64,000 bases of DNA from Minisyncoccota bacterium (GCA_035546575.1 DASZWN010000002.1:96681-160680); one strand, 5' to 3'; counted from the first letter of the stretch, positions 10,214-19,775 are shown. The notes: generated from the letters alone by a model not told the origin. A program made the numbers and translations.

Positions 10214-10447
10214 ATGAAACTATTTACCCATGAGATCCGTGGCCACGTGCTCTTTATATTTTCGTTTGTAGTTGTGCTGCTTGCGTTTATTGCAGTGCTC
10301 GGGGTTTCGATATTCCAAGGCTACATTCGCTGGAGCCTCAACCAAAACTTTACGCTCTTGGGCGGCTGGGAGCTTGAGGCGCTCACTGCGTCTGCTTTTG
10401 CGCTTCTCTTCGGTCTTTTGTATCTCCATCGTACCACCCGCGAGTAA
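10214..10447 (+). CDS. small hydrophobic membrane protein, hypothetical
   Basis: 77 aa with two predicted TM helices. Confidence 0.3.
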   Translation: MKLFTHEIRGHVLFIFSFVVVLLAFIAVLGVSIFQGYIRWSLNQNFTLLGGWELEALTASAFALLFGLLYLHRTTRE

Positions 10448-10523
10448 AAAGCTGACAAATTAATCTTTTTCGTGCATAGTAGGATAAGTTTCTGTTCTCA
10501 ACCTAGGCTAAAGAGGTGCGCAC

Positions 10524-11171
10524 GTGCAAAGGATTAACGACTCTTTTCTCAAGATCCTCAATCGTCAGGTTCCGCTCCACAACAAGCGGATTCTCGACAT
10601 TGGATGTGGTGATGGGGAGCGTTCGGCAGATCTAGCCGCCGAGTGCCAATTTCTCGTCGGTATCGATCCGAGCCCTAAATGCATTGCTCGCGCTCGTGAG
10701 CGTCAAATCTCCAATGCGGTTTTTTATCGCTGCTCAATGGAGACGCTTCCGTTTCGGAGTAGACGCTTTGGAGTTGTTTTGTTTGCGTTGTCTCTGCATC
10801 ACATAAAACCACAGAAGATGTCCAAAGCAATCGATCGAGCCATCTCACTTACCCAAAACAATGGCCACATCGTGTTTCTCGAACCTGCATCTGTTGGTTC
10901 GCTATACGAAGCCGAGGCATATTTCGACGCCTGGGACGGAGATGAGCGCGAGCAGAAGAGGGCGGCTCAGGAGGCGATAGAAAAGCACCCTAAGCTCGTT
11001 CTTTTTCAGGAAATGACTGACGAGGTGCGGTTTGAATTCAAGTCCCCGAAGGATTTCGTCGCATCTATGGAACCTAAGCGGAATCATGAGGACATCGAGT
11101 TGTTTCTTAATCGCTACAAGTACTGCCTCACCGCAAAGAGAACAATCTCGATCTTTACGGTGCGGCAATAA
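10524..11171 (+). CDS. class I SAM-dependent methyltransferase
   Basis: Motif I ILDIGCGDGE, acidic motif II and post-I region LVGIDPS; GTG start. Confidence 0.65.
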   Translation: MQRINDSFLKILNRQVPLHNKRILDIGCGDGERSADLAAECQFLVGIDPSPKCIARARERQISNAVFYRCSMETLPFRSRRFGVVLFALSLHHIKPQKMSKAIDRAISLTQNNGHIVFLEPASVGSLYEAEAYFDAWDGDEREQKRAAQEAIEKHPKLVLFQEMTDEVRFEFKSPKDFVASMEPKRNHEDIELFLNRYKYCLTAKRTISIFTVRQ

Positions 11172-11177
11172 ACCGGC

Positions 11178-11220
11178 AAAGGCCGTCTCCTCGTGAGGCG
11201 GCCTTTTTCTTTTTATTTTT
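11178..11220. terminator. bidirectional terminator between convergent methyltransferase and ybjQ-like genes
   Basis: GGCCG...CGGCC hairpin followed by TTTTTCTTTTTATTTTT. Confidence 0.5.
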
Positions 11221-11225
11221 AGATG

Positions 11226-11573
11226 TTAAGCGCGTTCAAGCGTAACTGCAGTCCCATAGGCAAGCACCTCGGTAACGCCGCCCGCAATCTCGGTTGCGTC
11301 GTAGCGGAAGCCGATCACGCCGTTGGCGCCCATCTCTGCCGCGTGCTCCAGCATGAGCTCAAAAGCGTGTTCGCGTGCCTGCTCGCACAAGGCAGTGTAG
11401 AGCGTAATGTTGCCGCCAAAAAGGGTCTGAATGCCTGCACCGATATTACCGACGAGCGAGCGTGAGCGCACGATAATACCTCTTGTGATGCCAAAATTCT
11501 TCACCACTTTATAATGGTCGATCTCGAATGCGGTCGTAACGAGAGCCCGGTCAATTTGGTTTTTCTGTTCCAT
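11226..11573 (-). CDS. YbjQ/UPF0145 (DUF74) family protein
   Basis: [18 protein letters not shown]...[11 protein letters not shown] is typical of UPF0145. Start trimmed to the internal Met. Confidence 0.7.
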   Translation of the reverse strand: MEQKNQIDRALVTTAFEIDHYKVVKNFGITRGIIVRSRSLVGNIGAGIQTLFGGNITLYTALCEQAREHAFELMLEHAAEMGANGVIGFRYDATEIAGGVTEVLAYGTAVTLERA

Positions 11574-11623
11574 ATAACTAAGATAGCACACAGCAAGCCC
11601 CGGCTTTGAGCCGGGGCGGAGCA

Positions 11624-11785
11624 TTACTCCTGACCGGGAGTTGCCGATGCATTGTCAGCAGCAGTGTCTGCGGCTTCTTGAGCGTCAGCTGCTTCGTGCT
11701 CGGCAAAATCTGCAGCTTCTTTTGCATCATCAGCTTCGTGTTGTGCTTCTGCGGCGGCGTCCATTGCGTCTCCTTTGTCTGCCAT
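11624..11785 (-). CDS. small acidic low-complexity protein (53 aa), speculative
   Basis: Hand-translated minus [56 protein letters not shown]. It falls below the ORF-track size cut-off and has no clear RBS. Confidence 0.2.
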   Translation of the reverse strand: MADKGDAMDAAAEAQHEADDAKEAADFAEHEAADAQEAADTAADNASATPGQE

Positions 11786-11926
11786 AATGTTGTTGTTTAA
11801 ATAAATAACCGAACGTGAACACTATATACAGAAATTAATGAAGCATAGATGAGTTTATTTTTTGCGCAGTACCTTCAAAGATCGGCGTCGTGTTATACTG
11901 ACTCCCTAATTAATTTCATAACCTAC

Positions 11927-12463
11927 ATGCAAGAGACAAACCTCTACACCGTTACTATCCCGCCGATCAGGAAGTCGCTCCAGGCACTCTCGGGTCTCCT
12001 CGATAAGCTCGACACGCATGCAAGTGCAAAGCAGCTCGATTGGCACCCGCCAAAAATGCAGGAAAGCGCGCTCCTAAATTCGCATCTCATTGCCGACCAA
12101 TTTCCACTTATAAAGCAGATACAAGTGGCTTGCGACAACGCAAAAGGTGGCGCTGCGCGCCTGGCCGAGGTGGAGATCCCAAAGTTTGAGGATACTGAAA
12201 AGACGGTCGAGGAGCTCAAAGCCCGCATCGCAAAGACAATCGCGTTTATCGACACCATCAAACCAGAGCAGATTATAGGAAAGGAGGGCGTTACAGTGTC
12301 GCTCCCATTCTGGGACGGCAAAACACTTACAGGGTTTGAGTACGTAACCGAGTATTTGCTGCCGAACTTTTACTTCCATGTTACGACCGCGTACTCGATC
12401 TTGCGTACCAACGGTGTGGCGATAGGCAAGTCCGACTATCTCGGGCCTTTGCCGCTCAAATAA
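11927..12463 (+). CDS. DUF1993 family protein
   Basis: The C-terminal LPNFYFHVTTAYSILR block matches DUF1993. Start trimmed to MQETN. Confidence 0.55.
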   Translation: MQETNLYTVTIPPIRKSLQALSGLLDKLDTHASAKQLDWHPPKMQESALLNSHLIADQFPLIKQIQVACDNAKGGAARLAEVEIPKFEDTEKTVEELKARIAKTIAFIDTIKPEQIIGKEGVTVSLPFWDGKTLTGFEYVTEYLLPNFYFHVTTAYSILRTNGVAIGKSDYLGPLPLK

Positions 12464-12509
12464 TGTAAGAGTGCTATACTTACTGTATTACTACTAGCCA
12501 AGTAATGCT

Positions 12510-12602
12510 ATGGACAACGCAACTACGTGCACGGCGTGCGGTCACGAGCATAAGGAGATGGACGGTTCATGTTCGTGCGGCTGCCAAATGGGCAAGAGCT
12601 AA
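12510..12602 (+). CDS. speculative 30-aa Cys-rich peptide
   Basis: MDNATTCTACGHEHKEMDGSCSCGCQMGKS has CxxC...CxCxC spacing. It has no convincing RBS and is followed by a terminator hairpin. Confidence 0.2.
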   Translation: MDNATTCTACGHEHKEMDGSCSCGCQMGKS

Positions 12603-12632
12603 AAATTTCTGCATCTAGGTTACAAAGAAAAG

Positions 12633-12668
12633 CCGCCCAGGTCATGAAGCCGGGCGGCTTTTGTGTAG
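12633..12668. terminator. bidirectional terminator hairpin
   Basis: AAAAGCCGCCCAGG...CCGGGCGGCTTTTGTG between convergent ORFs. Confidence 0.45.
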
Positions 12669-12687
12669 TCCGTATAGTACCGTTGAT

Positions 12688-13110
12688 CTAAACGCCGGAA
12701 GGTGCCGATATGCCAGCAATGTCGTCAAGTTTCCGGGTAATCCAGTCGACCGCTTCGCCGGGTCGAACATTGAGCCGCACCATGGCAATCGCCATTTCTA
12801 GGGGAGAGATCGGGGTCGGAACGCCCATCACTACGTTTATAAATCCGTCGATTCTTCCAAAACCCCGGCTGCTCAGTACGTATGTTGCCTCACCGTTTCC
12901 GAGTGGGCGAATCTTATTTTCCAGCTTGCCAAATTGGACTGCATTGTTGCTGCACTCCAGCAACACAATCGCGTCCATGTAGGCGGCGCTCTTCGCGAAC
13001 CCAATCAACTCGTCGAGAATTTTACGAACATCTGCAACCTGGCCACTCTTCAGGCCAAGATTCTCGTTATGCTGGACATAGTGAGCGGCGCTTTCCAGCC
13101 ATTTATTCAT
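12688..13110 (-). CDS. hypothetical protein
   Basis: About 140 aa from MNKWLESAAHY; no recognisable domain. Confidence 0.4.
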   Translation of the reverse strand: MNKWLESAAHYVQHNENLGLKSGQVADVRKILDELIGFAKSAAYMDAIVLLECSNNAVQFGKLENKIRPLGNGEATYVLSSRGFGRIDGFINVVMGVPTPISPLEMAIAMVRLNVRPGEAVDWITRKLDDIAGISAPSGV

Positions 13111-13241
13111 AGTGCCTCTCCGAGGTTGAAACAAGTCTGCAGGCATAGTGCCACAGAGCATCTTCTGCGTCTAGAGTTATCTTCAGCCTGCAACCTCGAA
13201 AAAGCCCAAAAAATATGTATAATCTGAGGTGTTCTCTATAT

Positions 13242-13313
13242 TCCGCGATAGCTCAATGGTAGAGCAGCGCCCTGTTAAGGCGTTGGTTGTAGGTTCGAGT
13301 CCTACTCGCGGAG
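13242..13313 (+). tRNA. tRNA-Asn (anticodon GUU)
   Basis: Cloverleaf folded by eye: acceptor TCCGCGA/TCGCGGA, D-arm GCTC-AATGGTA-GAGC, anticodon loop CT-GTT-AA, T-arm GTAGG-TTCGAGT-CCTAC. No encoded CCA. Confidence 0.75.
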
Positions 13314-13316
13314 CAG

Positions 13317-13480
13317 AATCCCCCGACCCCCGTCTGGGAAACCTCTCGGTTTCCCAACATCTCGCTTCGCTCGATCCTTCCTCCACGGGGGATTCTGTGT
13401 CCGCGTCTGACGCGGCCGCGGGAGGGAAGTGTGGGACACTTCCCGTTAGGACTAGACGCCGGAGCGGGCCCACTGCCACT
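13317..13480 (+). ncRNA. unassigned structured region downstream of tRNA-Asn (candidate ncRNA or cis element)
   Basis: 10-bp long-range pair GAATCCCCCG/CGGGGGATTC encloses hairpin GGGAAACC-tctc-GGTTTCCC. Two further hairpins follow (CCGCGT-ctg-ACGCGG; GGGAAGTG-tggga-CACTTCCC). Confidence 0.25.
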
Positions 13481-13527
13481 ATAAACATAAAACATAAACA
13501 CAAAAATGTCTGTTATATTATGTAGCA

Positions 13528-15969
13528 ATGGACAAGAGGGTCTTTAGGCTGCTTTTGATTGCTTTCTTCCTGGTTTTGCCTTGGCATAGCGCTTCTGCGG
13601 CGACCACTATCTTCTCAGACAACTTCAACAGCGGCATAGGAACGCTGGCAAGCCATACGCCGAGCACGGTCGGTACGAGCTGGACCCTGCTTATCAACAA
13701 TGGCATGACTCTCAGCGTGAATGCATCTACGCCGGGATATGTGGCGGTAGCTTCTAATGCTCCAGATTCCGGCTCATTTTATACAGCAGACGGCACCTAC
13801 CCAAGTGCCGACTACGAGATATCTATCGACGCAATTTTTGCAGCCGGCGACAGCAACTATACGAGGTCGCTCGGTCTTCGCGTGCAAGATGCCAACAACA
13901 TGTACCTCTTGCGGTGGAGCAACAACACTATGACGATGTACAAGCGCATCTCCGGTACCTGGACCTCTATCGGCTCGGGGAGCATATCTATTTCCGACAA
14001 CACCAATTCTCCGTACTACATAGCAACCATCACGTTTACGGCAATCGGCACTACTCTTACAGGCAAAGTAAACGGGGTTACTAAACTCACCGTGACCGAC
14101 AGCAGTATCTCTGCCACAGGCAAGGCGGGTATCGGGCTCGGCGCTGTAGCGGTGGCTACCGACGACGGCGGCACGGGGGTCGAAGTGGACAATGCATTGG
14201 TGCAAACCGCGGTGGTCGACACTACCGCTCCCTCAGTATCGCTGACTGCGCCCACCGCAAGCGAGGCTACCTCGAGCACTATGACGCTTGCCGCAACCGC
14301 AAGCGACGACGTCTCTGTAGCCGGCGTTACTTTTTATGTCGATGGCGTGCGGCAGGGGAGCGAGGACACCAGCTCGCCGTATGCAGTAAGCTACAACTCC
14401 GCTGGCACCACCACGGGCTCGCACTTTGCTTTTGCGGTAGCTCGTGACACCTCAAACAACTACGCCACTTCCACCTCAATAACCTTTACGGTCGACAACA
14501 CGGCGCCTTCGGTCAGCCTGCTTACTCCCACAGCAAGCGAGGCGACCTCAAGCACAGTTACCCTTTCTGCGTCGGCAAGCGACGCCAACTCGTCGGTGGC
14601 AGGCGTTACTTTTTATGTCGACGGCGTGCGGCAGGGGAGCGAGGACACCAGCTCGCCGTATGCCGTAAATTGGGACTCTACTGCCACCTCGTCCGGCTCG
14701 CATATTGCGGTTGCAGTGGCGCGTGACACGCTCAACAACAGAGCCACCTCAAGCATAACGAGCTTTACGGTCTCTAACACAGGGCCGACCCCAAGCTCGC
14801 TTGCCGCAACACCCGCAACATCTGCAGCAACTATTACCTGGAGCACGGCTTCGCTAGCGTCGTCGAGAGTATTCTTTGGCCCCACTACCAGCTATGGCTC
14901 CTCAACACCGGAGAGGGACACCTCGCCCCGAGTAACGAGCCATAGCATACAAATTTCCGGCCTGCCTTCGTGTACGGCATATCACTATGTGGTTGTTGGG
15001 CGCGACGCCGTGCTTAATACCGCCACGAGCTCCGACAGCACATTCTCAACCGCCGGTTGTACCGGCTCGGCGTCTATCAGCGCAACCGCAGCAGGAACCA
15101 TTACCACGGCATCGGGCGGTTCTCTAACCCAAGGCAGCCTCACACTTACGGTACCCACCTCATTTACCGCAACCTCGTCGTCGGCAGTGTTTCAGGCAAA
15201 TCAAATTGACGGCGCGGCGTTTGCCTCGGGCGCGGGTGCGCCAAGCGGCGTTTCTGCCGCTGGGTCTACGGTATTTCGTCTTGTAGCATTGACCGATGCA
15301 ACCACAACCCTCCCTACCTTTGCCGCAGCGCTCACTATAACTTTGAGTTATACGGCGGGAGATGTTGTAGGTATTAATGAGTCAACGTTAAAGATCTATC
15401 GGTATGATGGCTCAACCTGGTACGCGCTCTCAAACTGCTCGGTAAACACGGGCGCCAGAACAGTCACGTGCAACACAAACAATTTTTCTGACTTTGCGCT
15501 GTTTGGCACCGCATCTGCAGTAAACAACTCCGGTGGCGGCACTAGCACCGCCGCTGGAGCCTTGCCGTGGTGCTCGGGACCTCTGGCGCCGGGGTGGAAT
15601 AGCAATCTGCCAGACGGCGGCTGTGGGATCACAAGCAACCTTTCTGCGGTAGCACTAGCAGCTGCGCTGCCTGCACCGGCACCTTTTGCTCCTGTGTATA
15701 CATTCGCTCGCACTTTGCGCATGGGTTCGCAAGGCGCAGACGTGCAGCAGCTCCAGAAGTTTCTTAACAGCCAAGGTTTTGTACTCGCAGTGGAGGGTGT
15801 CGGCTCGCCAGGTCAAGAAAGCACCTACTTTGGGCGCATAACCTATCAAGCACTGCTCAAGTTTCAAGAAGCGCATGCAGCCGACATCCTCGCGCCGCTC
15901 GGCCTTACCCGGGGGACCGGCATACTTGGCGCTGCAACAATAGCGTTTATACAAAATCAGGCTTCTTGA
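13528..15969 (+). CDS. large secreted/cell-surface protein: signal peptide, LamG/concanavalin-like N-domain, two Ig-like repeats, FN3-like domain, C-terminal peptidoglycan-binding (PG_binding_1-like) domain
   Basis: 813 aa. Signal peptide LLLIAFFLVLPWHSASAA. Two near-identical 96-aa repeats (TAPSVSL...VTFYVDGVRQGSEDTSSPYAV...). C-terminal LRMGSQGADVQQLQKFLNSQGF...YFGRITYQALLKFQ resembles a PG-binding domain. Confidence 0.7.
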   Translation: MDKRVFRLLLIAFFLVLPWHSASAATTIFSDNFNSGIGTLASHTPSTVGTSWTLLINNGMTLSVNASTPGYVAVASNAPDSGSFYTADGTYPSADYEISIDAIFAAGDSNYTRSLGLRVQDANNMYLLRWSNNTMTMYKRISGTWTSIGSGSISISDNTNSPYYIATITFTAIGTTLTGKVNGVTKLTVTDSSISATGKAGIGLGAVAVATDDGGTGVEVDNALVQTAVVDTTAPSVSLTAPTASEATSSTMTLAATASDDVSVAGVTFYVDGVRQGSEDTSSPYAVSYNSAGTTTGSHFAFAVARDTSNNYATSTSITFTVDNTAPSVSLLTPTASEATSSTVTLSASASDANSSVAGVTFYVDGVRQGSEDTSSPYAVNWDSTATSSGSHIAVAVARDTLNNRATSSITSFTVSNTGPTPSSLAATPATSAATITWSTASLASSRVFFGPTTSYGSSTPERDTSPRVTSHSIQISGLPSCTAYHYVVVGRDAVLNTATSSDSTFSTAGCTGSASISATAAGTITTASGGSLTQGSLTLTVPTSFTATSSSAVFQANQIDGAAFASGAGAPSGVSAAGSTVFRLVALTDATTTLPTFAAALTITLSYTAGDVVGINESTLKIYRYDGSTWYALSNCSVNTGARTVTCNTNNFSDFALFGTASAVNNSGGGTSTAAGALPWCSGPLAPGWNSNLPDGGCGITSNLSAVALAAALPAPAPFAPVYTFARTLRMGSQGADVQQLQKFLNSQGFVLAVEGVGSPGQESTYFGRITYQALLKFQEAHAADILAPLGLTRGTGILGAATIAFIQNQAS
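14221..14796 (+). repeat. two tandem copies of a 288-bp coding repeat inside the surface-protein gene
   Basis: The 60-nt segment GGCGTTACTTTTTATGTCGA(T/C)GGCGTGCGGCAGGGGAGCGAGGACACCAGCTCGCCGTATGC recurs at about 14322 and 14610 (period 288). Confidence 0.7.
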
Positions 15970-16072
15970 TCCGTCCAGACGTTTTTCTTTATAACCGCTC
16001 GTCCTTGTTGTTCTTATTTTATAGTGTAAACAATCCACTCACTGGATATAGAAGTCCTGTATACTACTTAGT

Positions 16073-16438
16073 ATGAACTACAACCTGAAGGGCACTAATC
16101 TTTCGATTACATCGGAGATCCGCGAGTATTTGGAGAGAAAGATCGGTAGTTTGGATAAGTTGTTGAGCGATACAGATGCTGCGCGTGCAGATATTGAGCT
16201 CGAGTTTTTAAAAGACGAAGAAAAGATGTACCGAGCCGAGGCGATGCTCCATGACCCGCACACCAAAGTTCCCATGCGCGCTGAGGCTCGCGGTACTACA
16301 CTCCACGAGGCTATCGATATGGTGGCGGGGGAATTGTTTTCGGAGCTTAGCCGCGCTAAGAAAAAGCGCGTGCATTTGCTCAGACGCGGCGCCGGACATG
16401 TAAAAGATATTATCCGCGGCTTCCGCGACAGGTTTTAA
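16073..16438 (+). CDS. hpf: ribosome hibernation-promoting factor (HPF/RaiA, S30EA family)
   Basis: MNYNLKGTNLSITSEIREYLERKIGSLDKL follows the S30EA N-terminal pattern. Confidence 0.8.
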   Translation: MNYNLKGTNLSITSEIREYLERKIGSLDKLLSDTDAARADIELEFLKDEEKMYRAEAMLHDPHTKVPMRAEARGTTLHEAIDMVAGELFSELSRAKKKRVHLLRRGAGHVKDIIRGFRDRF

Positions 16439-16440
16439 AA

Positions 16441-16466
16441 AAAGCGGCTTGCCGTTTGGCAAGCCG
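16441..16466 (+). terminator. terminator after hpf
   Basis: GGCTTGCC-gttt-GGCAAGCC hairpin. Confidence 0.45.
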
Positions 16467-16690
16467 GGGAAAGTGATCCAGGGGGAGCATCGTGCTAAGC
16501 GGCGGTATCCTTTGATCCTTCTGAAGACTTTGAAAGTCAGCTCTCTTTCACGGTGCGCGGCCGGCCGTAATCGAGATAGAATGGATGGATCGCTACGCCA
16601 ATGCTACAACCCCTGAACCAGAGTGAGGCCTGTGTCCTGCTAAGATCAGCCCTCAATCTATCCTCTATAATACTCTTTTTTTAAATAAAG

Positions 16691-17542
16691 TCAACCGCGG
16701 AGAAAATCCTTATAGCTCATCTCTTTTTTCCCCTCGGGAATTACTTTGAGTATCTCGAGCTTTCCATCTTGCAGTTGCGCATCGGTGATAATCACGCGTT
16801 TTTTCTCTGGAGTCAGAAAATAAGCACGAGGATTTTTGTCGAACGCGCGGATTTTTATCAGCTGCTCGCGCGGGTCGCCATTGAGGTCAATCAACGCATC
16901 TTCGGTCGTAAACTTTTTGGTATACGCCGCAAGAGAGTCGTCTTGCGGCTCGGGTGTGATCTCGCCGGCGATCCAATCACTCATCACCTCTGCAAGCAGG
17001 TTGCCGCCCTCGGTCGCAAGCAGATCTTCGAACATGCTGCCCTTAGGCGGCCATGCCTCTTCTTCCAATTCTACTTTTGCCTGTGCTACAATCGGCCCTT
17101 CGTCCATCTTTTCGCTCATCTGCATAATCGTAACGCCCGTTGTGCGCTCGTCCGCGAGTATTGCAGATACCGCAGGCGAGGGGCCGCGGAACTTCGGCAA
17201 AAGCGAGGGGTGCACGTTGAGACACCCGCGGCGGGGGATATCGAGCACTTCTTTTGGTATCAACTTGTTGTAGGCAGCAACCGCAAATACGTCCCACTCG
17301 GTATTAGCGAGCTCTGCGACAAATTCTGGGTCTTTGAGTGTCGCGGGCGTGAGCACATCGATAGCTCGCTCAAGCGCCCATTCTTTGGCAGGCGATGGCA
17401 TAACCTGCAGCCCGCGGCCGCGTGGCTTGTCCGGCGCAGTTATCACAAGTGCGGGCAAGAGCCCGTGTGCCTCGAGCGCGTCGAGTACCTGCACCGAGAA
17501 TCTCGGCGTACCAAAAAATGCGAACAGAGGTTTGGTGCTCAT
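16691..17542 (-). CDS. fmt: methionyl-tRNA formyltransferase
   Basis: FGTP...HPSLLPKFRGPSP core with C-terminal Fmt domain. Start trimmed to MSTKPLF. It lies in an operon with def. Confidence 0.8.
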   Translation of the reverse strand: MSTKPLFAFFGTPRFSVQVLDALEAHGLLPALVITAPDKPRGRGLQVMPSPAKEWALERAIDVLTPATLKDPEFVAELANTEWDVFAVAAYNKLIPKEVLDIPRRGCLNVHPSLLPKFRGPSPAVSAILADERTTGVTIMQMSEKMDEGPIVAQAKVELEEEAWPPKGSMFEDLLATEGGNLLAEVMSDWIAGEITPEPQDDSLAAYTKKFTTEDALIDLNGDPREQLIKIRAFDKNPRAYFLTPEKKRVIITDAQLQDGKLEILKVIPEGKKEMSYKDFLRG

Positions 17543-17544
17543 GG

Positions 17545-18090
17545 TTATGCAGGGAACTCTTCGCGCAAATGTACGCGCTCGCTGTCGTCGGTCAGCCGCG
17601 CAGCCTTGTCTATATAGAGTATGCCCTCCAGATGATCGCACTCGTGCTGGAAGATGTGCGCCAGGAGCCCCGATGCATGTTGGAGCACCGGTTTGCCTTT
17701 CTCATCGAGGGCTTTGAGCGTCACCTTTTCGTGGCGCATCACGGTGCCGTATTGTCCGCGCACCGAGAGGCAGCCTTCGGCCATTTCGCGCTTTTTCTTG
17801 GACATGCGCGTGATTTCCGGATTGATGTATATGCGGTTCGGCTCGTCTTTTTTAGAGCGAGTATCTTCCTCGCCACCTTCTTTAAACACGTGGCCCGCAA
17901 CGATAAACATCCTCAGCGAGCTTCCAACCTGTGGGGCTGCAATAGCAACGCCGTACTCTTCATTCGCAAGTGCTTTACTCATCTTAGTGATAAGCAGGTT
18001 TAAAGAGCGGGAGCCGATGTCCTTTTTAGCTATAGCACGGGCGGTCTGCCGCAATACGGGCGCCCCTACCTGTACGATCGTTTCTTTCAC
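17545..18090 (-). CDS. def: peptide deformylase
   Basis: GCLS, QHECDHLEG and GxGxAAPQVG motifs. Confidence 0.85.
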   Translation of the reverse strand: MKETIVQVGAPVLRQTARAIAKKDIGSRSLNLLITKMSKALANEEYGVAIAAPQVGSSLRMFIVAGHVFKEGGEEDTRSKKDEPNRIYINPEITRMSKKKREMAEGCLSVRGQYGTVMRHEKVTLKALDEKGKPVLQHASGLLAHIFQHECDHLEGILYIDKAARLTDDSERVHLREEFPA

Positions 18091-18143
18091 TATCTAAATA
18101 TGCCGATTTTCGGGCGTTTGTGCAACGCGGTACAATATAAGGC

Positions 18144-18476
18144 GTGGAACATATCAGCGCACATCTAAGCCAAAAGATAGCTAAAAAACAACGTGCGACC
18201 GAGCGCGGCGAGCTCATGCAATACTTTATGGAAAAGTTAAATCGCGCTCGCGTACGCGACGGCTTGCCGCCGCTCTCGATGCCGCGCATGGGGCGTATCC
18301 TCCAGCTCATTCCTACAAAAGATTTGTACTACCTCAAGAGCGTGTGCGATCAGGCTAACGACTTTTCAAAAAAATTCTGGTGGGAAGTAAAGCCGCAAAA
18401 CCATACACCGGAAGCAAAAGCAAAAGCAGCCGCATATAAACCCAAGAAAAAATTTAATCCCGAATCGTATGACTGA
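18144..18476 (+). CDS. hypothetical Lys-rich protein
   Basis: 110 aa with no recognisable domain; overlaps the murA start by a few nt. Confidence 0.35.
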   Translation: MEHISAHLSQKIAKKQRATERGELMQYFMEKLNRARVRDGLPPLSMPRMGRILQLIPTKDLYYLKSVCDQANDFSKKFWWEVKPQNHTPEAKAKAAAYKPKKKFNPESYD

Positions 18477-19701
18477 AAAATTTGTTGTCGAAGGTCTCGC
18501 CGGAGCAAAAACGCTTCGCGGCGAGATAGCGGTCGGCGGCGCTAAAAACGCGGTGCTTAAAATTTTGCCCGCAAGCGTGCTTTTTGAAGATGAGCTGCCG
18601 ATCGATAATATCCCCGATATCGAAGACGTAAAGCGCATGCATGAACTGCTCGAGGCACTCAAGACTAACACTACGGTATTGCGCAAAGACATTGCAGAGC
18701 GCTTCCGTGCCTCAATCGTCTTGTCGGGGCCTGTGCTTGCGCGCTATGGCGCCGTTGAATTTCCTTTTCCTGGCGGATGTGTGCTGGGGGAGCGCTCAAT
18801 CGACCTTTTTCTTGCAGGATTCCGTGCGATGGGCGCCGAGGTTGAAGAAACAGAAAGTTATTTTAAAATCCACAGCGCTGGCCCGCTCAAGGGTGCCACT
18901 ATTGCGTTCCCGCTTGTTTCTGTTACCGGCACCGAGACACTTATGATGGCGGCAGTCTTGGCGCAAGGCGAGACATTGCTCAAGAACGCGGCGATGGAGC
19001 CCGAGATTGCCTACTTGGCACAATTTCTTAACTCCTGCGGCGCGAAGATCGAGGGCGCAGGCACCTCAACTATCCGCATACGAGGCGGCGGCCTTTTGCG
19101 TGCTGGAGACAAAACGTTTGTCGTACCGCCCGACAGGATAGAGACAGGAAGCCTGGCTATTTTCGCAGCGCTTGCTGGCGATGACATTACTATCACCAAG
19201 TGCGATCCAAGTTGGCTTGAGGTGCCACTTGAGCTTTTGCGTCAAGCGGGCGTCAAGATGGATATTGGTCCCAATTCTATCCGCATTACCAAGTCGGACA
19301 TGCCTTACAAGATGGTGTCGGTCCGCACGCATGAGTACCCGGGCTTTCCGACCGATCTCCAGGCACCCATGGCGGTGTTTATGAGCCAGTGCCAGGGTGA
19401 GGGGAGTATCCTTGAAACTATTTTTGACGGGCGCTTTAGATACGTTGATGATTTGGCGGTTATGGGTGCCGATTTGCATGTGATGAATCCGCATCGCGTG
19501 CTGGTGCGAGGGCCTCGCCGGCTTACTCGCAAGAATCTCCAGAGCCCCGACCTGCGCGGCGGCTTGGCCTACCTGCTTGCAGCAACCGTGGCCGAGGGCA
19601 CTTCAACTATAGATAATGCGTACCTGATAGACCGCGGCTATGCGCATATAGAAGAGCGGCTCCAAAAGCTTGGTCTCAACATAAAACGCGAAACTGTCTA
19701 A
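18469..19701 (+). CDS. murA: UDP-N-acetylglucosamine 1-carboxyvinyltransferase
   Basis: 410 aa with the EPT-fold pattern GGAKNAVLKILPA...; length and architecture fit MurA. Confidence 0.85.
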   Translation: MTEKFVVEGLAGAKTLRGEIAVGGAKNAVLKILPASVLFEDELPIDNIPDIEDVKRMHELLEALKTNTTVLRKDIAERFRASIVLSGPVLARYGAVEFPFPGGCVLGERSIDLFLAGFRAMGAEVEETESYFKIHSAGPLKGATIAFPLVSVTGTETLMMAAVLAQGETLLKNAAMEPEIAYLAQFLNSCGAKIEGAGTSTIRIRGGGLLRAGDKTFVVPPDRIETGSLAIFAALAGDDITITKCDPSWLEVPLELLRQAGVKMDIGPNSIRITKSDMPYKMVSVRTHEYPGFPTDLQAPMAVFMSQCQGEGSILETIFDGRFRYVDDLAVMGADLHVMNPHRVLVRGPRRLTRKNLQSPDLRGGLAYLLAATVAEGTSTIDNAYLIDRGYAHIEERLQKLGLNIKRETV

Positions 19702-19754
19702 AGTCAAGGTACATCGGCACACCAAAGAGATGCTTGGAATAGGTACTTGAAATA

Positions 19755-19772
19755 AGTTTGATATATCAAACT
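19755..19772. promoter_or_regulatory. perfect 18-bp palindrome AGTTTGATATATCAAACT (copy 1) downstream of the TrpR-like gene
   Basis: Self-complementary by inspection; a second copy sits at 20226-20243. Confidence 0.5.
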
Positions 19773-19775
19773 AAA

